Source: Patescibacteria group bacterium
Lineage (GTDB): Bacteria > Patescibacteriota > Microgenomatia > UBA1400 > PJMF01
Direction: 5' to 3'
NCBI GenBank assembly: GCA_023382875.1
Contig: JAHDXH010000002.1
Coordinates: 5,724-69,723, forward strand
Length of the DNA: 64,000 nucleotides
Below are positions 57,565-64,000 of the stretch, one piece after another (the first letter of the stretch is position 1; the number at the start of each line of letters is the position of its first letter). A model generated the notes under the pieces. It did not search any database. It had not been told where the DNA came from and saw only the letters and a program-made list of their open reading frames with translations. The position numbers and the translations under genes are program-made.

Positions 57565-58694
57565 TTTTTTTTCTAGGCTTGGGTGGACTTGTGATTTTGG
57601 GACAATTACAAAGAGTTGAGATTTCACCTTGGCCAGCATTTTATTTGCATGACTTGTGGATGCTTTTTTGGGCTGGCTGGTTGACTATTGTTAATTCGGC
57701 CAAAATTAAGGCTGTTCTAAAAAAAATTTTTCAGAAAAAATATCTGTTGGTTGGTTTTTTATTGGTTTGGATTTTGGTGGGCTGGCTGGTTAATTTTTTG
57801 ATCGGTGATTTGTCGCTCAAAGCACTTTTTTATGCGATGAGATTTTTTACTTATGGTTTAGTATTTTTTTGGTTGGGAAAAGCTAAATATTTGAAGCCAT
57901 CATTGATTAAGTTTGGAATGTTGGGTTTTGGTTTTTGGATGTTGGTTTGGGGACTCGGCCAGTATTTGTTTTTGCCTGACATGCGTTTCCTGAGTATTTT
58001 GGGTTGGGATGATCATTATTTCCGTTTGGTGGGAACGCAGTTTGATCCTAATTTTATGGGAGTTATTTTTGTTTTATTATTCTTGTTGTCACAAACCTTG
58101 ACAGTCGAAAAAAAGACTAAAAAAATTGTCTTAGGATTGCAGGTTTTGCTTTTACTAGGATTGGCACTGACGTTTTCTCGTTCTGCATTTTTAAGCTTTT
58201 TTGTTTCGCAGGTTTTTTTCTGGCGATTACAAATAAAAAAATATTGGCCGATAGTTTTATTAACGATCTTAATTTTTTTGATTCCAAAGCCGGCAGGCGA
58301 AGGTGTGGTTTTAACCAGAACTGCAAGTATTGAAGCACGCTTGGAAAGTTCGCATCAAAGTGTAACCAACCTCAATGGTTGGCGCTGGTTAATGGGTAAG
58401 GGACTTTTTAATTCAACCAAAGATAGTTATGTCAATGAAATGTACACGAGAGCAGATCATGCGACTTTGCCTGACAACCTAGTTTTGATGATTCTGGAGG
58501 GCACAGGCATTGTTGGTTTGATGCTGACGCTGATAGTCGGGCTTCAAGTGTTTTTTTATCTTAATAAAAAACACCCCAAAGCTAATGTTTTTTTAGTGGC
58601 TGTTTTAGTTCACGCCATGTTTAACAACAGTCTTTTCCAACCATTTGTTTTTATTGTTTTGGGCTTGTCACTAATAAGCGAAATTGACAGTTAA
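57546..58694 (+). CDS. O-antigen ligase / Wzy-like polymerase family membrane protein
   Basis: RLVGTQFDPNFMG matches the Wzy_C R..G.f.nPN motif in a periplasmic loop between helices. Confidence 0.7.
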   Translation: MATSAIVFFLGLGGLVILGQLQRVEISPWPAFYLHDLWMLFWAGWLTIVNSAKIKAVLKKIFQKKYLLVGFLLVWILVGWLVNFLIGDLSLKALFYAMRFFTYGLVFFWLGKAKYLKPSLIKFGMLGFGFWMLVWGLGQYLFLPDMRFLSILGWDDHYFRLVGTQFDPNFMGVIFVLLFLLSQTLTVEKKTKKIVLGLQVLLLLGLALTFSRSAFLSFFVSQVFFWRLQIKKYWPIVLLTILIFLIPKPAGEGVVLTRTASIEARLESSHQSVTNLNGWRWLMGKGLFNSTKDSYVNEMYTRADHATLPDNLVLMILEGTGIVGLMLTLIVGLQVFFYLNKKHPKANVFLVAVLVHAMFNNSLFQPFVFIVLGLSLISEIDS

Positions 58695-59390
58695 TTCTTT
58701 TTCAGTTTGGTTGCCTGCTGCGTCAGTAGCTTTGATGATGATTTTGTTGTCACCTTCTTGGAGGTTATAGCTACCTTGGAAATTACCTTCAGCGTCAGCG
58801 AGAACCAATCTGCTGTCAATAAAGACTCGAGCTTTTGGTTCAGTTTTTCCTTTGATAGTGGTGATTTGATTTTTTCGCAAAGTAATGCGATCACCATCTT
58901 TGGGTGACTCGATTTCAATAGTTGGGGTCGTTACATCTAGGACAACTGTATATTTTTTGGATAAAACAGATTCATTTTGAGCTGCGTCTCTAGAAAAAGT
59001 AGCAAGACTATTTTCACCTTCAGTCAAAGTGACATCAAAACTAAAAGTGCCATCATCCGCAATAGTTTTTTTGTCAGCTTCGTTACCATTGAGAACTAAG
59101 ATGATTTCACTTTTAGCTTCGCCGTAACCACTCAAGTTAACTTGCGCAGAATAAGTTGCTTCTACTGGTGCAGCTAAAATTGGAACTTGAGGTGGAATTG
59201 TGTCTTCGGATTTGGCAATCGGGTCGGAGTCTAAAACGTTAAAAGCTATTCTGACAATATTGGGCAAAACGAAAAACAGAAAAGCTAAAATCAGAAAAAC
59301 TACTAAACCAAACATTAGTGCAGTTTGAGTAATCAATTTCTTTTGTTCTTTCTTGGCGAGGCGAGAGGTAACTGGTTTTTCGTATGTCAT
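58671..59390 (-). CDS. membrane-anchored protein with Ig-like beta domains
   Basis: N-terminal TM helix followed by a beta-rich ectodomain. Confidence 0.55.
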   Translation of the reverse strand: MTYEKPVTSRLAKKEQKKLITQTALMFGLVVFLILAFLFFVLPNIVRIAFNVLDSDPIAKSEDTIPPQVPILAAPVEATYSAQVNLSGYGEAKSEIILVLNGNEADKKTIADDGTFSFDVTLTEGENSLATFSRDAAQNESVLSKKYTVVLDVTTPTIEIESPKDGDRITLRKNQITTIKGKTEPKARVFIDSRLVLADAEGNFQGSYNLQEGDNKIIIKATDAAGNQTEKELTVNFAY

Positions 59391-59447
59391 AATAGCCTCA
59401 TTCTACATAATTGAGCTTAAAAAGCCAACTTTTTGCTATTAGTCTGA

Positions 59448-60614
59448 TTATTTCTCTAAAATCCAGTTTCGAAGTTGCTTTGACAAATTGACCATAAAAT
59501 AGACATTGTGAATTGAGGCAAGTCGATAATAGGTTAACTCATCAGTTTTAAAGAGATGTCGTAAATATGATCTGGAATAGCCATTCTGGCAAGTGCTACA
59601 ACCGCAGCTTTCTGAGATCGGCTTTTGATCATACTTAAATTCGCTATTACCAATTTGCATTCGACCTTTGTTATATGGTGAGACAAATTTGGGTTTATCT
59701 TCTGCAAAATCTAATTCACCAAAATAAATTGAACCATTGCGAGCTAATCTGGTTGGAGCAACGCAGTCAAACATGTCATAACCTGCCAAAACTGCATCAA
59801 CAATATTTTGTGGGTCGCGACCAAGACCCATCGCGTAACGAGGCTTATCTTCGGGTAGAATATCGCGTACCCAATCTAAAATTTGAGTTGTACCCTCCAT
59901 GTTATAGCCGACAGTTTCACCACCAAAAGCAATGCCGTCAAAATTGAGATCAATAATGGCTTGCAACGACTCTCTTCGTAGATCTTTATGCATAGCGCCT
60001 TGAACGATACCAAATAACGATTGATATTTGCCGTAAGCACTTTTACGCTCATTTTGTTCCCAGTAATCTCGACACTGTTTTGCCCAGCGGTGCGTTCTAT
60101 CTAATGCTTCTCTTGTATACTTTTCATCAGCTTGATCGGGAGTACATTCGTCGAAGGCCATGATGATATCAGCGCCAATTTGGCGTTGAATCTCAATTGA
60201 TTTTTCTGGAGTGAAAAAATGTTCGCTGCCGTCCAAGTGAGATTTAAACTTAACACCTTCATCGGTAATTTTGGCGATAGCTTCCTGACCTTTGCCTTCG
60301 GCTTGTTGGCCTAAGGAAAAAACTTGAAAGCCACCTGAGTCTGTTAGCATTGGACCCTGATGAAGCATGAAATTGTGGACGCCACCGGCTTTATTTAAAA
60401 CTTCAGTACCAGGTCGCAAATAAAGATGATAAGTGTTGGCTAAAATAATTTCTGGATTAGTAGCAGCAATATCTTGAGAGTCTAAGGCTTTAACCGTTGC
60501 TAGAGTGCCCACGGGCATGAAAATCGGAGTTTTGACGACGCCGTGCTCTGTGGTGAATTCACCAGCTCTGGCATTGCCTTTTTGCGAGTTTAATTTAAAA
60601 TTGAGTCCATTCAT
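59448..60614 (-). CDS. tgt: queuine tRNA-ribosyltransferase (tRNA-guanine transglycosylase)
   Basis: GVVKTPIFMPVGT N-terminus, catalytic Asp region and C-terminal zinc site CGCSTCQNGYSRSYLRHL. Start set at Met13 to match the family N-terminus. Confidence 0.85.
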   Translation of the reverse strand: MNGLNFKLNSQKGNARAGEFTTEHGVVKTPIFMPVGTLATVKALDSQDIAATNPEIILANTYHLYLRPGTEVLNKAGGVHNFMLHQGPMLTDSGGFQVFSLGQQAEGKGQEAIAKITDEGVKFKSHLDGSEHFFTPEKSIEIQRQIGADIIMAFDECTPDQADEKYTREALDRTHRWAKQCRDYWEQNERKSAYGKYQSLFGIVQGAMHKDLRRESLQAIIDLNFDGIAFGGETVGYNMEGTTQILDWVRDILPEDKPRYAMGLGRDPQNIVDAVLAGYDMFDCVAPTRLARNGSIYFGELDFAEDKPKFVSPYNKGRMQIGNSEFKYDQKPISESCGCSTCQNGYSRSYLRHLFKTDELTYYRLASIHNVYFMVNLSKQLRNWILEK

Positions 60615-60636
60615 AGCCTGTATTTTACCATTCATC

Positions 60637-61740
60637 GTGCTAAAGCTCACTGACTTTGACTACCATTTACCAGAAGAAAATATTGCTCAGATGCCAGCTG
60701 TGCCTCGTGACAGCTCAAAGCTGCTTTTGGTTGATCGACAAAGTGGTCAGATTTCACACCACCATTTTTTTGATTTGCCCAATCTACTTGATGATAGCTA
60801 TGTGATTGTGCGCAATAACACTAAGGTTATGCCGGCTCGAATCTTTGGGGAAAAAGCTACTGGGGGTAAAGTTGAATTGTTGCTCTTGAAAAGAGTTGGT
60901 ATCGGTGAGGCTGGTGAATTGTGGGAAGTTTTGTCAAAGCCCGGAGTGAAGGTTGGTCAAGTGATTACTTTTGGTTATGGTTTGATGACTGCTGAAGTTA
61001 AACAATTGGAAAACTACACCAGGTTAGTGGAATTTAGTTTGAAAGGCGAAGCATTATTTGCTGCCTTAGACCAAATTGGCCACACACCAATTCCACCTTA
61101 TATTGATTGGGCTGACGATGATGAAGCTCATCTCAGAGAAATTTATCAAACTATTTATGCTAAATTTTCTGGGTCAGCAGCAGCGCCAACGGCTGGTTTG
61201 CATTTTACTCAAGAAGTTGAGCAAAAATTAGCAAACAAGGGCATTGAAATAGAAGAGGTAACTTTGCACGTTGGTTTGGGAACTTTTTTACCAGTCAAAG
61301 TTGAAGATGTGGTGACTCATGAGATGCATAGCGAATCCTATATTTTGACAAAGGAAGTTGCAACAAAACTCAATCAAGCAAAGAAAAATGGGAAGAAAAT
61401 TTTGGCCATCGGTACAACTACCACTAGATTGTTGGAAGCTTGTACTAATGAGGCTGGTGAGTTGGTGGCGGGTCAAGCTGAGACTAACATTTATATTTTC
61501 CCACCCTACAAATTTAAATTTGTTGATGCTATGGTGACCAATTTTCACCTACCCAAGTCAACTTTGTTGATGATGATTTCTGCTTTTGTTTCTCAGCCAA
61601 ATACTGACGTGGAATTTGTAAATTTTGCCGATTCGTTGGTGGGCGAAGCCTATGAGGTTGCGATTAAAAATGGTTATCGTTTTTATAGTTTTGGTGATGC
61701 GATGTTAATTTTGGGCTATAATGAAATTAATGCCAATTAA
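60637..61740 (+). CDS. queA: S-adenosylmethionine:tRNA ribosyltransferase-isomerase
   Basis: LTDFDYHLPEENIAQ.P...RD.SKLL N-terminus typical of QueA. GTG start, because the long upstream extension in the track overlaps tgt. Confidence 0.8.
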   Translation: MLKLTDFDYHLPEENIAQMPAVPRDSSKLLLVDRQSGQISHHHFFDLPNLLDDSYVIVRNNTKVMPARIFGEKATGGKVELLLLKRVGIGEAGELWEVLSKPGVKVGQVITFGYGLMTAEVKQLENYTRLVEFSLKGEALFAALDQIGHTPIPPYIDWADDDEAHLREIYQTIYAKFSGSAAAPTAGLHFTQEVEQKLANKGIEIEEVTLHVGLGTFLPVKVEDVVTHEMHSESYILTKEVATKLNQAKKNGKKILAIGTTTTRLLEACTNEAGELVAGQAETNIYIFPPYKFKFVDAMVTNFHLPKSTLLMMISAFVSQPNTDVEFVNFADSLVGEAYEVAIKNGYRFYSFGDAMLILGYNEINAN

Positions 61741-62146
61741 AAAAAATAAGTATAATTTAGCTGTAGCTATTTTTCTTAGTTTAATCTTTCTTTTTTTGAC
61801 TTACTCAGCCTGGAAACAATTTAGCCGCCGCTTTATTATTAGACAAAGGGGTGGTGATATTCCTGTTTACGTGAGTTTGAAAGGTGAGTATGCTTGTCTT
61901 CCCAATAGGCCTACCGATGCTCCGGTGACATTAGAGTGCGCACTTGGTTTAAAGTCTAATAATGGAAGTTACTACGCCCTTGATATGACTGATCAAGATC
62001 CAACAATGAGTAGTGTTCTGCAGGCTGGCCAAAAAATGGAGGTGAGCGGGGGTATGCTTTATATTACAGATAAAAACTCTTGGGCGCTCAAAAAATACGA
62101 TATAAAGGGTGTTTTAAAAGTTGAGAAGCTTAAATTAGTGCATTAG
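61721..62146 (+). CDS. small secreted/anchored hypothetical protein (141 aa)
   Basis: N-terminal hydrophobic helix; no motif. Confidence 0.5.
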   Translation: MKLMPIKKNKYNLAVAIFLSLIFLFLTYSAWKQFSRRFIIRQRGGDIPVYVSLKGEYACLPNRPTDAPVTLECALGLKSNNGSYYALDMTDQDPTMSSVLQAGQKMEVSGGMLYITDKNSWALKKYDIKGVLKVEKLKLVH

Positions 62147-62268
62147 CACTAAAAGTTATAAGTAGCGACAACAGTCTTTAATTCTTTTTCCTTAAGTTTT
62201 TCTAATGCAAGTGGAATCAGCCAGGTTAAATTTGTCATGACATTTTTTGGTAAGTTTTTGGTGTTAAA

Positions 62269-62580
62269 TCATTCAACTGGTTGATCTTCATTGTTTGTGG
62301 CGTCTGCTTCTGGTCCTGAATAAATAGTGGCCATAACATCAACCGCAAACTTGCTTGAATGAAGTTGGGCATATTTTATCCAGCTTTTTGGATTGGTTGA
62401 AATATTTGTTTCTTCTTTGACTTCTCTAGTAATGCACTCCAGTGCTGATTCTTGGTTTTCAAATTTTCCACCCAAGCCATTAATCATGCCTTTTTGCCAA
62501 GTAGGTCTTTGTTTGTGAATAAGGAGTACTTTGGTCAGTTCTTTGTTGAAGAGAAAGCCGAGCGTGTATTTTTGAATCAT
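62269..62580 (-). CDS. NUDIX hydrolase (short, about 103 aa)
   Basis: Nudix box GGKFENQESALECITREVKEETNI. Start moved to Met13 because the track start overlaps tRNA-Gly. Confidence 0.7.
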   Translation of the reverse strand: MIQKYTLGFLFNKELTKVLLIHKQRPTWQKGMINGLGGKFENQESALECITREVKEETNISTNPKSWIKYAQLHSSKFAVDVMATIYSGPEADATNNEDQPVE

Positions 62581-62584
62581 AGTG

Positions 62585-62655
62585 AGCGGGTAAAGGGAGT
62601 CGAACCCTCTTCTCATCCTTGGGAAGGACGCATTCTACCGGTGAACCATACCCGC
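62585..62655 (-). tRNA. tRNA-Gly (anticodon CCC), discriminator U, CCA not encoded
   Basis: Perfect 7-bp acceptor stem GCGGGTA/TACCCGC, T-arm AGGG-TTCGACT-CCCT, anticodon loop TTCCCAA. Confidence 0.8.
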
Positions 62656-63741
62656 TTATTTAATATCCAAAACCATTTTTCGTTGTTCTCTTAAAATTAA
62701 GTTTTGGTTAATACCAAGCATTATACACAATGAAATTAGTGAACTACCGCCATAAGAAACAAAAGGTAGGGTAATGCCGGTAATAGGCAAGATGCCAATA
62801 TTCATACCGATATTTACGAAAGCTTGAAAAGCAACTGCTGTCATTGTGACTATTAGATAGTAAGAGGAAAATTTGTTGGGTAGTAAAAATGATTTGTAAA
62901 TTAAGTAAGTACATAAAATTAAATAAAGTGAGAGAAGTATTGTGACTCCAAAAAACCCCCATTCTTCTGCAAATGAAGCAAAGATAAAATCAGTTTGTCT
63001 TTCTGGTAAAAATCTTAAATGTGATTGACTACCCTGACCAATGCCCTTTCCATAAAGCTGTCCCGAACCTACGGCAATTTGGGCTTGAAAAGCATTGTAA
63101 TTAGTTTCATGGGTTTGGTCGGATTGCGCCACTAAAAAGCTGGTAACACGAGCTTTTTGGTAAGGCTTTAAGATAAAAAGCCAGGTAAAAATTCCAGCAA
63201 CTAGCCCAATCCCGGCTAATGACAATAATTGTTTTGTTTTAATTTCCGAAAGCCATAAAATTATGCCAACACTGACAACTAAATGCATGGTGGTGCCAAG
63301 GTCAGGTTCAATTAAAACCAATGCTGACGGGATGGCTAATAATGCCAAAAATCCTACTAAATATTTATTGCGACTAAGTGGGTAACGACTCGCAAAAAAT
63401 GCCAAGCTCATGCCTACTACTGGTACAGCGAGTTGTGATGGTTGGATAGCAAAAAAGTCACCAACTTTAAACCATCTCGTAGAACCTCTAGTAACTGTGC
63501 CATTAATTAAAACGGCGACGAGTAAAACATTTAAAACAATAAAAGCGAGCCAATGATTTCTTCTAAAGAATGATAATTTGATTTGAGAAAAAATCACAAA
63601 ACAAGTGATGCCAACCAGCCAGAAAATAAGTTGATCTGTAGCTAGACTAGGGGCAATACTTTTGAGCGTGACTAAGCTGATAAGCGCAAAGCTCAATAAA
63701 ATAGCTGGCAGTAAGAAATGCCTAATCGATGAAACTTCCAT
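62656..63741 (-). CDS. SEDS-family peptidoglycan glycosyltransferase (FtsW/RodA)
   Basis: Ten helices; SEDS motifs in FASFAEEWGFFG and GSGQLYGKGIG. Confidence 0.8.
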   Translation of the reverse strand: MEVSSIRHFLLPAILLSFALISLVTLKSIAPSLATDQLIFWLVGITCFVIFSQIKLSFFRRNHWLAFIVLNVLLVAVLINGTVTRGSTRWFKVGDFFAIQPSQLAVPVVGMSLAFFASRYPLSRNKYLVGFLALLAIPSALVLIEPDLGTTMHLVVSVGIILWLSEIKTKQLLSLAGIGLVAGIFTWLFILKPYQKARVTSFLVAQSDQTHETNYNAFQAQIAVGSGQLYGKGIGQGSQSHLRFLPERQTDFIFASFAEEWGFFGVTILLSLYLILCTYLIYKSFLLPNKFSSYYLIVTMTAVAFQAFVNIGMNIGILPITGITLPFVSYGGSSLISLCIMLGINQNLILREQRKMVLDIK

Positions 63742-63747
63742 GTTGGT

Positions 63748-64000
63748 TTAGTATAGCGATTCGAAAAACTTTGTCACTATGGTTGAGAGGCGATTTTTAA
63801 CTTCGCTGGATTCTAAAATAGCTTTGACTTCCTCGTGATTGGTGGCGTTGGTGCCATCTTTGGCTATTTTATTGGTGATGCATGACAAGCCAACGACTTT
63901 CATACCACGATTACGAGCGACTATAACTTCGGGAGTAGTGGACATGCCTACAGCATCAGCCTTAAGTCCGTCACGAAAAGCAATGCATTCCGCTTCTGTT
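63748..64000 (-). CDS. punA: purine nucleoside phosphorylase (PNP-I / PunA-like), C-terminal part; gene continues beyond the window end
   Basis: [32 protein letters not shown] closely matches the trimeric PNP C-terminal signature; frame open to base 64000. Confidence 0.75.
   Translation of the reverse strand, partial: TEAECIAFRDGLKADAVGMSTTPEVIVARNRGMKVVGLSCITNKIAKDGTNATNHEEVKAILESSEVKNRLSTIVTKFFESLY

Noticed and set aside
62452-62694. 80-aa plus-strand ORF
   Set aside because: It is antisense to the NUDIX gene and runs straight through the tRNA-Gly gene.
1-64000. CRISPR arrays, integrase/transposase genes, rRNA genes
   Set aside because: No series of regularly spaced direct repeats, no recombinase-like ORF and no 16S/23S/5S-like sequence were found when reading through the window.

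Overview
This window is a low-GC (roughly 35-40% by eye), gene-dense bacterial chromosome segment with hallmarks of a Candidate Phyla Radiation / Patescibacteria-type genome. The centre (33.6-49.3 kb) is a complete S10-spc-alpha ribosomal protein superoperon, rpsJ through rpsI with secY, adk, infA, rpmJ and rpoA. rpmD (L30) is missing between rpsE and rplO, and several ribosomal proteins carry Lys/Ala-rich tails. A glycine-type T-box leader and glyQS follow it. The rest is housekeeping and cell-envelope genes: a P-type ATPase, a secreted thermonuclease with an Excalibur domain, malic enzyme, PolX, CCA-adding enzyme, a phosphoribosyltransferase, rplS, YraN, tgt/queA, signal peptidase I, a SEDS FtsW/RodA, a partial PNP, a NUDIX hydrolase and an Hsp20. 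There is a glycan-assembly cluster (flippase, two GT-C proteins, a GT2, a Wzy/O-antigen-ligase-like protein) that includes a secreted cysteine-repeat protein. A 1552-aa surface protein and tRNA-Asp, tRNA-Glu and tRNA-Gly are also present. The most unusual feature is a roughly 2.5 kb insertion of clearly higher G+C (about 50% or more) lying between the tRNA-Glu gene (the tRNA is outside it) and a methyltransferase gene. It carries a single about 830-aa ORF with recognisable similarity to eukaryotic major vault protein (MVP). It has its own terminators, and an 11-bp inverted repeat flanks it. A second small GC-elevated patch (2.2-3.2 kb) carries three tiny, strongly promoted ORFs. No CRISPR array, integrase, transposase or rRNA gene was seen.
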